This document shows, piece by piece, positions 26,538-35,273 of a stretch of DNA of 64,000 nt. The notes below the pieces were generated by a model. That model saw only the letters and a list, made by a program, of their open reading frames with translations, did no database searches and had not been told where the DNA came from. The position numbers and the translations under genes are program-made. The DNA comes from a virus, in the IMG/VR virus record IMGVR_UViG_3300045988_120048, positions 1-64,000 of that record; one strand, written 5' to 3'. The first letter of the stretch is position 1; the number at the start of each line of letters is the position of its first letter.

Positions 26538-26621
26538 GGAGGGATAGCACGTAATTGGAAGCGTCACAGTCTTCTAAACTGTTGCCATATGGCCTTCAGG
26601 GTTCGAATCCCTGTCCCTTCA
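26538..26621 (+). tRNA. type II (long variable arm) tRNA with apparent anticodon UCU (Arg-like); atypical
   Basis: Acceptor GGAGGGA/TCCCTTC, anticodon stem ACAGT/ACTGT with loop CTTCTAA, variable-arm hairpin GCCATATGGC, T-arm CAGGG-TTCGAAT-CCCTG. Confidence 0.5.
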
Positions 26622-26746
26622 CATTATTATTAATTTTTGATGGGCATTCTTCCCTTATATGTTTAAAAAGAAATGATTTATGTATTATGTAGAGCAAATG
26701 GTTTGAAGAAAAAGAAAATTTAGAGAATATGATTCTCGTGTAGAAA

Positions 26747-27595
26747 ATGAGTTATGAAGACATAGGTAGACATTATGGTTGTAGTGGCTCAAATATTAAG
26801 AAAGTTGCTATTAGAATTGGTATTCAACTCCCTTAGAGAAGAAAATCAAAAGAAAGTGAAACTTTCAATAAGGGAACTGGACAGAAGTATTACTGTCTGA
26901 ACTGTGGAAAGTTGTTAAATCAAGACAATGGTGGTAGCTACAAGCATAAATTTTGTGATAACAAATGCTAGAGGGAATATCAGCACAAAATTGGGTATCA
27001 GAAAATACTAGATGGAGATTCATCAATAATGAGGGCTAATTACTCTCCACATGCTTTTAAGGACGATATACTTCAGGAACAAAATGGAGTATGTGCTATA
27101 TGTGGTTCAAAGCCTGAGTGGAATGGTAAACCTCTAGTATTTATTTTGGATCATATAGATGGTCATGCATCTAATAATATTAGAACTAATCTTAGATGTA
27201 TATGCCCAAACTGTGATTCTCAATTAGATACCTATAAATCTAAAAACAAATGTGGAGAAAGGAGTTACTATCGCTATCATAAATATGAGGATATAACTAA
27301 GCAAAAAGATAATGAACTAGTATTTAAGGAACTAAATCTCAATTTAGACATAAAGGTATGTACTATAGGGGGAGAAGAAATCAACCTTACAAAGAATGAA
27401 TTTAATCTCCTTGAATTTCTTATAAAGAACAAGAACAAAATACATTCTAGACAGGAAATCCTTAATAATGTATGGGATTCTAAAGTTTCTTTAAGAACTG
27501 TAGATACTACTATGTCGAGGTTGCGTAAAAAAATGAAAAATTTAGGTAAGTATTTAATAACTAGATTAGGATTTGGATACGGTATTTTGGAATGA
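26747..27595 (+). CDS. HNH endonuclease fused to C-terminal OmpR/PhoB-type winged-helix domain; two in-frame TAGs (26834, 26969)
   Basis: ATG 26747 gives MSYEDIGRHYGCSGSNIKKV...YCLNCGKLL...FCDNKC-TAG-..., paralogous to the N-terminus of the 5539 gene. It continues in frame into track ORF 27029-27595, which has HNH motifs CAICG...LDHIDGH...CPNC and a trans_reg_C-like LTKNEFNLLEFL...RTVDTTMSRLRKKM. Confidence 0.6.
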
Positions 27596-27612
27596 GGTTT
27601 TGCCATAATCTT

Positions 27613-27640
27613 ATAATAAGAGCACTTGCAGCAAAAATTC
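27613..27640 (+). promoter_or_regulatory. conserved intergenic motif, instance f (ATAATAAGAGCACTTGCAGCAAAAATTC)
   Basis: Family member, about 140 nt upstream of the minihelix element at 27777. Confidence 0.45.
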
Positions 27641-27776
27641 AAAAATAAAATATTATTCATAAAATGACTTTTGAATTTAATAACTAGCTGGTCTAGTCCG
27701 ATTTCTATTGAGGTTAATGTAGAATATTCTCTTGCTACTATTAGAAGATAAATAGAAGTAGTGGAGGTGCTCTGTT

Positions 27777-27823
27777 TAGGTTGGAGTTAAGGCTCTATAG
27801 AGGTTCGAACCCTCTCAACCTTC
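27777..27823 (+). ncRNA. tRNA minihelix-like element (acceptor-like stem plus T-arm; no anticodon arm)
   Basis: TAGGTTG-GAGTTAAGGCTCTAT-AGAGG-TTCGAAC-CCTCT-CAACCTT; 6 of 7 acceptor pairs. Confidence 0.4.
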
Positions 27824-27945
27824 TAAGTTTATAAAGATTAAAGTAGAATAAGATGAAAAAGAATGTTTTTGCCTTGAAATGAGTACACTTAGTACTCTCG
27901 TCTTTTCGGTTATTATTTCACTGTGTTGTATATTTTAATTAATTT

Positions 27946-28959
27946 ATGAAAAATTTTATGAAGAAATTTATTTTCATCATGAGTTTGCTGTTTACTCTGT
28001 GTAGTTTTACCTACTCACAAACAGCGTATGAAGAATCTAAAATCCTTGATAACACTTCTATTAGTGTTGTAGGTGGAGCAACTACTCCTCTGGACTTTAA
28101 CTCAGTATTTCCAGTAAATGGAGTTGCTGGTATTAAGTTGCAGAAGGACTTTACTCCTGTATTTGGGTTTAATATCGAAGGATTGGCTTCCTTTGGTGAT
28201 AACCACTATGGTAGTGCTCCTACTGTAGTAAAATCTGTTAATACCGGATTGAACGGAGTTGTTAACTTCTCTAACCTGCTGTGCGGATATAATGGAGCCC
28301 CTCGGAGGTTTGAAGTAAGCACTGAGACTGGTATTGGCTGGCTGCATAGTTGGACAGGACACTGTAACTATATTACCTCTAAAACTGGAGCGGTATTGTC
28401 ATTCAATCTAGGTAAGGAGAAGGCTCACTCGATTATAGTTAATCCTGCAGTATACTGGAATCTGAACAAGACAGGTCATGTAGAGTTCAATAAGAATTAT
28501 GCTCAGCTTGGTGTCTTGATTGGATGGGTATATCACTTTAAGACTTCTAATGGTACAAGAAGCTTTAAGGCATATGACATTGCATCAATGAACAATGAAA
28601 TTAATTCTCTTAAGAAGGATTTAGCAAAGAAACCTACAGAAATTGTAAAGGAAGTTGTTAAGACTGAAGTTGTTACTAATACAATTGGTAACACAGTGAT
28701 TTTCTTTGCACAAAATTCTGCAAAACTTACTGGAACCGCAATGTCTGAATTGTCTAAGATTCCATCTGGTTCTAAGGTAAGCATTATTGGTTCTGCGTCT
28801 CCAGAAGGCTCCTCTAATTACAATCAGAAGTTGTCGGAGAAACGTGCAAAAACTGTTTCCAAATTCTTAACTGGAAATGGTGTAATCGTAGAGAATTGTA
28901 TTGGAGCTGGTGTTACTGACACTACTAGTGGTCGTGTAGCAATAGTTACTATTAAGTAA
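27946..28959 (+). CDS. OmpA-family outer-membrane protein (signal peptide, beta-rich N-domain, OmpA-like C-domain)
   Basis: Signal peptide MKNFMKKFIFIMSLLFTLCSF; C-terminal GSASPEGSSNYNQKLSEKRAKTV matches the OmpA-like domain motif (NxxLSxxRA). Confidence 0.65.
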   Translation: MKNFMKKFIFIMSLLFTLCSFTYSQTAYEESKILDNTSISVVGGATTPLDFNSVFPVNGVAGIKLQKDFTPVFGFNIEGLASFGDNHYGSAPTVVKSVNTGLNGVVNFSNLLCGYNGAPRRFEVSTETGIGWLHSWTGHCNYITSKTGAVLSFNLGKEKAHSIIVNPAVYWNLNKTGHVEFNKNYAQLGVLIGWVYHFKTSNGTRSFKAYDIASMNNEINSLKKDLAKKPTEIVKEVVKTEVVTNTIGNTVIFFAQNSAKLTGTAMSELSKIPSGSKVSIIGSASPEGSSNYNQKLSEKRAKTVSKFLTGNGVIVENCIGAGVTDTTSGRVAIVTIK

Positions 28960-29138
28960 AACTTTAGGTAACAAACATCTCCCACTGACTCGTTTAAATA
29001 TCGTAAATTACCTTAAAATTAATCATTTGGGTTAGAAAGAAAAAGAACGTACGATAGGTGCTGGGACAATGGAATGTTATAATAAAACCAGTGAAAATAA
29101 CCTAAACTCATTTCTAGTTGGAGTATAACTAACTAGAT

Positions 29139-29218
29139 TACCTCCTTATATCAGTGGTAGAAGTTTAACAAAGTCTATATTAGTGAAACTGTCAGTGGTT
29201 CGAATCCACTAGGAGGTA
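29139..29218 (+). ncRNA. tRNA-like element (perfect acceptor ACCTCCT/AGGAGGT and T-arm AGTGG-TTCGAAT-CCACT; body does not fold into a canonical anticodon arm)
   Basis: Middle segment is about 6 nt longer than a class I tRNA; only an AGTTT/AAACT stem with a 19-nt loop is evident. Confidence 0.4.
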
Positions 29219-29253
29219 CTACCTGTTCCTGTAAACAAAAAAAAAAGAAGAAA

Positions 29254-30528
29254 ATGGCTGATTTTAATATGAGTAAATTGTGGCTCGGTAAAGATGGATA
29301 TTACCGAGATGTAAACGGCAACAAGATTGCCTAGAAAGGGCAGCCCATTTCTGGTGCTGCTTGGAGATATTTAGCAGGAAAATATGGAAGGGAAGTTGCC
29401 AATAGAACCTCAATGAATACTAGAAATGGAAACATATTCTAGAATGGACGTTGGCGTTTTAATGATATCAAATCTTCTAAGCAAGGGAAAACTGCTACAT
29501 GGGATGAAGCAGCTTCTAGAATAGAGGAAAATGCAAAGGCAGCAGGAGCTAGAAAGACAGCAACCGGCTATACATAGAGAAACCCTTTCAATAATAAAGA
29601 TACCTATCTAAATCAAGATACAAAGAATAAAGCTATGAAGGCTTATAGAGCACGACAGAAATCATAGACTTCTGCTGAGAATCCTGATGAATTTAGTTGG
29701 AGTGATCTAAATCCTTTCAAGAAAGGTGCTTGGGAAGGCAACTGGGATAGTGCAGCAAAAAACTTCGTTGATTCCTTTAAATCAATTCCTGATATTTGGA
29801 AAAAGGGGTATGCTAGAAGAGGTGAAATGTACGATAATGTTCCTCAGAGTGTGTTGGGTCCAAAACGAAACACAGGTGCTTTGGCACGATTCAATGATAC
29901 TCTTGGAGATATTTCTAGAACTGGAAATGCTGTTCTGGGAGGAACTATTGGAACTGCCTTGCAGCTCTTGCTACCATAGAAGGTTGAGAGAGAAGCTGGC
30001 AATCTAGGACAATATCTAGATCTAGGTAAAGATGTTAACTCTGTCAGAAGTTATTTAACTCCAGGAGAAGAAGGAATATTGCCAGATGATCCTAGGAATA
30101 AGGGATTTGCTGATTAGAATTTTGCCTGGACTGGACTAGACGAATAGTAGAGAAGAAATATTAACGATGATGCCAACTTTGCTATGGCTATCCTTGGAAC
30201 TAAAGGTATGAAGGGTGGAGTCTCTAGACTTAAGACTGGAGTCTCTGGAATGATAAGAGATGGAGTAGGTACTACGCTGAAGAATAATTGGAAACCTATT
30301 ATGTCTCATACACCAGGTGCTGCTAACCTTTATTAGGCTGGAAGTGCACTTAATTCTGTAAGAAGGGCATTAGCCCCTAAGAGACTAGGAGGAGCAGAAG
30401 GAATTGGCAGTAGATCTGCAAATGTAGGAAAAGCTGCATTTCAGGGGCTTATGGCTTCAGATCCTACTATGGCACTATACCCTTATGCACATAGCAGTTA
30501 TATGGTAAATTTATCTAATAATAATTAA
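29254..30528 (+). CDS. hypothetical protein encoded with about 9 in-frame TAG codons (read-through required); ends at TAA
   Basis: One frame is continuously open from ATG 29254 to TAA 30526 except for TAG codons (for example GCC TAG AAA; TTC TAG AAT; GAA TAG TAG AGA). No in-frame TAA or TGA. Track ORF 29726-30007 is in a different, spurious frame. Confidence 0.55.
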
Positions 30529-30530
30529 AT

Positions 30531-31997
30531 ATGAGTATTAAAAAGAAGGCACAATATTTAGGTGAGGGAGTAAATTGGTTAAAAGGTCATGGTTAGATGA
30601 TACCAGATTACTTCGGAAACCTGATGAGACGAATTGGAGGAGGTGAGAGAGCTGTAGTTAGAGCTAGGCAAGCTTCTCCAGAATTAATTGCATCTAGAAA
30701 TAGTTAGAGAGGAGCTGAAATGAGTCATAATCTTGCAGCTCAAAGATATAAAGAAGCTTAGCAAGCAGAAAGTAAATTATTAGACAGCACTAAAAATTGG
30801 AAGTAGCCTAATAGTAAAAGAAATGTAAAGAGAGTAAATGATGCTGCGCGAAAAACAGATGAAGCTGAAAGAAGTGCAATAACTGCATCATAGAAAAGTA
30901 TGGAAGCTAAGGAAGCTTTCAATAATACTAAGAGACAGGTTACGAATGATGCCCTAAGACAAGTTAGGAATAAAGGTATTAAAAGAACTCTTAAAACTAC
31001 TGGACTTGTAGGTGGTCTTGGTACTGGAGCTTATCTAGTTATTCCAAGAAATTCTAAATCACCTAGTGCTGCAGCTGAAAAGAAATTAAACAAGCTTGCA
31101 AAGTAGAAAATATTGCAGTAGACAGGTAGTTGGAGACCTACATAGAAGATGAGAGAAATCAACTTAGAAGGGAAGAAGCAGTCCATCAGGGATGCAAAAG
31201 CCATGAGGAGTGCAGCTTCTAAGGCTCAACTCAAATGGATGTAGGAAAACTCTGATAAAGCTACCAAGGTTTACAAGAGTGGCGCTAGAGAATTTGGAGG
31301 GGATGAAAATAAATTAGCCCTTCTAAAGGTTAGACAAGAAGCAATGAAACCATTCATTTCGTAGGAAGCAAGTAAAATCCGAAGGAATAGAGCATTAGGT
31401 ACTTTAGGCTTAGCCGGACTTGTCACTGCAGGTTATAACTTTGAACCAACTAACTTTTATGTTCACGATCTTCATAAAGGGTGGAGAAATAAAATTGGTT
31501 TGGATTCAAAGAGTACAACTCGTACCGAAAAAGATATGTCAGATAACTTCAATAATCAAATTCAAGAGTTGGCTGCTCTGGCAATAGCCTCTGATTAGAA
31601 GGGATTAACTCCTTGGGTTTACCAAGTGTATAATAGATCACATGGCAGGGAAGCTAAATATGCAGATTTTAGTAATCCTATAAAATTCCTTAACCCTGGA
31701 TAGAGAGTTGAATATTCTAATGGAGGTATGAGCATGTCCTAGTCTAGAAATAAGGATGGATTTAATGTAGTATTAACTGACGAAGCAGCTTGGGATCCAG
31801 ATTAGGGTGCATCCTATTCAGCACTTTCTCCTAGAGGACTTCCAGTTACATTAGGAGTGACTAGGAAGAATTTGGGAAATAATATTGACAAAATGAGATA
31901 TTAGTATAATATCCCGCTCGAAAAGGTAGATAGTATGCGGAATGTATACAATAAATATTCTGAAATAATAAGAAAAGAAAGAGAAAATAAGGCATGA
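30531..31997 (+). CDS. hypothetical protein encoded with about 23 in-frame TAG codons; ends at TGA overlapping the next gene's ATG
   Basis: Frame open from ATG 30531 to TGA 31995-31997 apart from TAGs; contains track ORF 30900-31106 in the same frame; no in-frame TAA or TGA. Confidence 0.55.
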
Positions 31998-32491
31998 AAA
32001 AGATGTTAGTATTGCTTATTAGCATTCCATGTATGTTTATCGCATGGTATTGCTATGGGATGGGTAAATCTCAGTATTCTGGAAATATCTATTCTTGTAT
32101 AGATATGAAAATAGAATATGGACATATCAATCCGAATAATTTGAAGGAAGTTATTGATTTCTCAAATGAGATAACTTCTCGTACATTAACTTTTTCTACA
32201 AAATCTGAATATAAAGGTTTTGATAAGTTATCATTAAACAAAGAGACTAAAACTCATTGTGTCTATTATGCCAGAACTTATAAGAAGGTATTTGATTACA
32301 TTATCTCAAAAGGTAACTTAAAAGCAACTTGTGAAATAAGAAGAGAACCCATAAAGGGTTTAGGATTTATTCCAAAATTCTTTAAGTCCATTGGAGATAC
32401 TAGAATGTATAATTTTACCAAGGACCATGACTACTGTGTAGTTAATGGCGTAATTGTAGTAGACCCAACTGTTTATGATTTCTTACATTAA
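31994..32491 (+). CDS. secreted or lipoprotein-like hypothetical protein
   Basis: ORF track, 165 aa; hydrophobic N-terminus; start overlaps upstream stop (ATGA). Confidence 0.45.
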   Translation: MKKMLVLLISIPCMFIAWYCYGMGKSQYSGNIYSCIDMKIEYGHINPNNLKEVIDFSNEITSRTLTFSTKSEYKGFDKLSLNKETKTHCVYYARTYKKVFDYIISKGNLKATCEIRREPIKGLGFIPKFFKSIGDTRMYNFTKDHDYCVVNGVIVVDPTVYDFLH

Positions 32492-32499
32492 GAAAAAGA

Positions 32500-32544
32500 A
32501 GCTCTATATGGTATTTTTGGCAGGTTCGAATCCTGCCAGAGCTA
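32500..32544 (+). ncRNA. tRNA minihelix-like element (acceptor stem plus T-arm; no anticodon arm)
   Basis: AGCTCTA-TATGGTATTTTTG-GCAGG-TTCGAAT-CCTGC-CAGAGCT. Confidence 0.45.
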
Positions 32545-32567
32545 CAATTAACTTTAATTTTTAACAT

Positions 32568-33452
32568 ATGGTTAACGAATTTTATCAAGAATTACCTAGT
32601 AATTATGCAAATTATGAAGACGTTGTTCTTCCTAAGCACGAATCAATGAGAGAAAAAACTCGTAGAGAGGGAGTATATGGGTATCATGACCATTGGAATA
32701 AGGATGCCTATACTTGGATAGATAGATTCCTTGAGGATTCTGTTGGGAAGAAGTTTGACAACGTATATCCTAAGGTATGCGAGAGATTTAGAAAGAAGAA
32801 GGACTTCGGGTTCCGTGAAGAGTTTAAGTCAAGAATTGATCCTCATAATATGTCTGATGTATGTTGGCATAGTAACAACTACTATTTGGATTCCAATCAT
32901 ATTATTAGAAGGTATAAACCTATTAAGAATAATAAGCGCAGAAAGTATGTTATGGAGCTAGATAGGTCAGAAGATTACTACATTGTAAACAAGGAAAAAC
33001 TCTTTTTGGAACATCCAGAAATTGTACTATATTTAAAAGCCAAATTGGGCAAGGATATAGATTATATAATTGCATCCAGTGAACGACTCTCGAATGACCT
33101 TGGAAAGAAGGTACAGGAGTGTATTACTGAGGCAATAGGAAAACTGTATACAAATTATCCTCCTAATTGGTCTCTTGATTACTGGTATTCTCCTATCATA
33201 CGAAATAAAAAGTATAAGAGGCTTAGTACTTCTGACCTCATAAAGTGTTATTACGATTCTATCAATAAAACGTATTATGAGGGAACTCCAGAGTATTCAA
33301 AACATTATTATGAGGAGAGATCTGCAGAGCGGAAACGAATGAGGGAGTATAGAAAGGAGAAAGAACTAGTCCACGCTCAAATGTTGAAAGACTCGTTAAT
33401 TAGAGCCAATGCGGAAAAGTGGATTAGAAAGAATACTCGCGAATCAAACTGA
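32568..33452 (+). CDS. hypothetical basic protein
   Basis: ORF track, 294 aa, K/R/Y-rich. Confidence 0.45.
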   Translation: MVNEFYQELPSNYANYEDVVLPKHESMREKTRREGVYGYHDHWNKDAYTWIDRFLEDSVGKKFDNVYPKVCERFRKKKDFGFREEFKSRIDPHNMSDVCWHSNNYYLDSNHIIRRYKPIKNNKRRKYVMELDRSEDYYIVNKEKLFLEHPEIVLYLKAKLGKDIDYIIASSERLSNDLGKKVQECITEAIGKLYTNYPPNWSLDYWYSPIIRNKKYKRLSTSDLIKCYYDSINKTYYEGTPEYSKHYYEERSAERKRMREYRKEKELVHAQMLKDSLIRANAEKWIRKNTRESN

Positions 33453-33559
33453 AAAAGGGTTTATAGTAAGTAGAATACAAACCAGAAACCCTGAGTAGGC
33501 TATAAATTGCCAAACAGCCATCCTTGTAATGAGGTAGGAGCGTTGTTAGGTATCCTTAT

Positions 33560-33590
33560 AAGATAACATACAGCAAAATTATTCTTCACT
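33560..33590 (+). promoter_or_regulatory. conserved intergenic motif, instance g (TATAAGATAACATACAGCAAAATTATTC)
   Basis: About 100 nt upstream of tRNA-Trp. Confidence 0.45.
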
Positions 33591-33674
33591 TCTTAAAAAT
33601 GAATAAAGACCCCTCTATTTTGGGTTCTTCAATGGAGGTTAAAGAGAATGTTAGAACCTTGTTGTCTGATTTTA

Positions 33675-33746
33675 TGCACCTATAGGTTAATGGTTAGACT
33701 AGCGGTCTCCAAAATCGCAGATGGGAGTTCGATTCTCTCTGGGTGT
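33675..33746 (+). tRNA. tRNA-Trp (anticodon CCA)
   Basis: Acceptor GCACCTA/TGGGTGT (with G:U pairs), anticodon stem GCGGT/ATCGC with loop CTCCAAA, T-arm GGGAG-TTCGATT-CTCTC. Confidence 0.6.
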
Positions 33747-33765
33747 GCTAATTAAGTTTAGCAAT

Positions 33766-34071
33766 ATGGAAAATATAAAGGTAAAAGACGAAGAGATTAT
33801 CGTACCTTGTGATGACTCAGTTAATGAGTTATTTATTTGCCAATGTAATAACGTAGAACATCAACTTATTTTCTCATACTTTTCTGATGATGAGGATAAA
33901 GATGTCTATGTATCAGTACATTTATCTCCAGATTCTTTCTGGAAACGCATTTGGAACTCTATAAAGTACATATTCGGATATAGGTGCATGTTTGGTCACT
34001 TTGATGAATTTATCTTTAAGAAGCAAGATGCAGGCAAGTTACAAAGGGTAGTGGATTTTCTCAAGTCTTAA
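33766..34071 (+). CDS. hypothetical protein (likely start MENIKVKDEEI inside track ORF 33721-34071)
   Basis: ORF track; the upstream part overlaps tRNA-Trp, so the internal ATG is preferred. The printed sequence and the track appear to differ by one nt near 33840. Confidence 0.4.
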   Translation: MENIKVKDEEIIVPCDDSVNELFICQCNNVEHQLIFSYFSDDEDKDVYVSVHLSPDSFWKRIWNSIKYIFGYRCMFGHFDEFIFKKQDAGKLQRVVDFLKS

Positions 34072-34072
34072 A

Positions 34073-34543
34073 ATGTTTAGGGCTTCTGTGAGAATTTTTC
34101 TTGCGGAAGCTTTTTTTTTTTCTATGTCTAGTTATAAGTTAATAACCGACGGTGCGTATTCATCTAAACTAGACCAAGGTGGACTTGGCTTAGTATTTTT
34201 AAAAGATGATAAGTTAATCCTTAGATATTCAAAGATGTATAAACATACTACAAATAATCAGATGGAACTAGGGGCAATTATTACTGGGCTAAAGTGTATT
34301 ACTAAGCCTATTGATAACCTAACTATTGTATCTGATAGTATGTATTGCATTGGATGTGCTACTAAGGGTTGGAAAAGAAGTAAAAATGTAAAGTTGTGGG
34401 AAGAGTTTGATAGGCAATATACTCGTGTATCCGAACTATGTCCAAATATTGTTTTTGAACATGTTAAAGGGCATAATGGTGATAAATGGAATGAATATTG
34501 CGACAAGCTTGCAACTACAGCTTCTAAAAGAATGGGAGATTAA
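34073..34543 (+). CDS. rnhA: ribonuclease HI
   Basis: Conserved RNase H residues/motifs: ...LGLVF...ELGAII...SDSMY...HVKGHNGDKWNEYCDKLA. Confidence 0.75.
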   Translation: MFRASVRIFLAEAFFFSMSSYKLITDGAYSSKLDQGGLGLVFLKDDKLILRYSKMYKHTTNNQMELGAIITGLKCITKPIDNLTIVSDSMYCIGCATKGWKRSKNVKLWEEFDRQYTRVSELCPNIVFEHVKGHNGDKWNEYCDKLATTASKRMGD

Positions 34544-34757
34544 GTATGGGATTTTTAATTGTATTAGGAATATTTATGGCTTTAGCCCTATTTTCAATTC
34601 TGACGACAAAGTATTCCTCTATAGAGGTAGACCCTAATGAGGAAATTTAGTAATAACATAAATTAACAATTCGTCCGTCAGATACAGTTATAAAAAGATT
34701 ATATTTACAGACAGAAATGTAGATAAAACTTTTTATTTATATTAATGGTATTTAATT

Positions 34758-35273
34758 ATGGTATCTGAAAACGGAACTAAAGTATGTTGTAAATGTGGAA
34801 AAGAGAAACCAGTGAGTGAGTTTCATAAAGACAAGAACTCAAGTGATGGTTATACCTATCAGTGTAAAGAATGTAGAAATGCAAAATACAAAGAGTATTA
34901 TCACTCTAACATTGATAAAATGAAAGAGAAACGGGAAAATACTAAGGAATATCGAAAAGAATATTATAGCGATCCAGAAAGGAAATTTCAGTATAGAAAA
35001 AGGTATATTGAACGAGAGTTCGGTATTAAATATGAGCAGTATGATAAGATGCTAGAGGCACAAGAGGGGGTATGCGCTATATGTGGCAAACCTGAAACGA
35101 AATCTAATGCTAAATATCTAGCGGTGGATCATAATCACGAAACTGGTGTAGTAAGAGGGTTACTGTGCAATAATTGTAATAGAGCCCTTGGTCTTCTCGG
35201 TGATAACGTGGAAACATTACAAAACGCAATAAATTATTTATTAAAACATGAGAGAAATAATAACAGCATGTGA
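34758..35273 (+). CDS. HNH endonuclease (endonuclease VII-like zinc-binding HNH)
   Basis: CxxC...CxxC N-terminal; LAVDHNHETGVVRGLLCNNCN. Confidence 0.7.
   Translation: MVSENGTKVCCKCGKEKPVSEFHKDKNSSDGYTYQCKECRNAKYKEYYHSNIDKMKEKRENTKEYRKEYYSDPERKFQYRKRYIEREFGIKYEQYDKMLEAQEGVCAICGKPETKSNAKYLAVDHNHETGVVRGLLCNNCNRALGLLGDNVETLQNAINYLLKHERNNNSM

Noticed and set aside
29726-30007. Track ORF (93 aa) inside the first TAG-containing gene
   Set aside because: It is in a different frame from the long TAG-read-through frame 29254-30528 and is low-complexity; best explained as a spurious ORF.
2470-31997. Interpreting the TAG-interrupted genes as pseudogenes
   Set aside because: Only TAG interrupts them (never TAA or TGA) across more than 1,300 codons; domains are intact on either side; stops and starts of neighbours overlap as in functional operons. 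Systematic recoding is more parsimonious, though still unproven.
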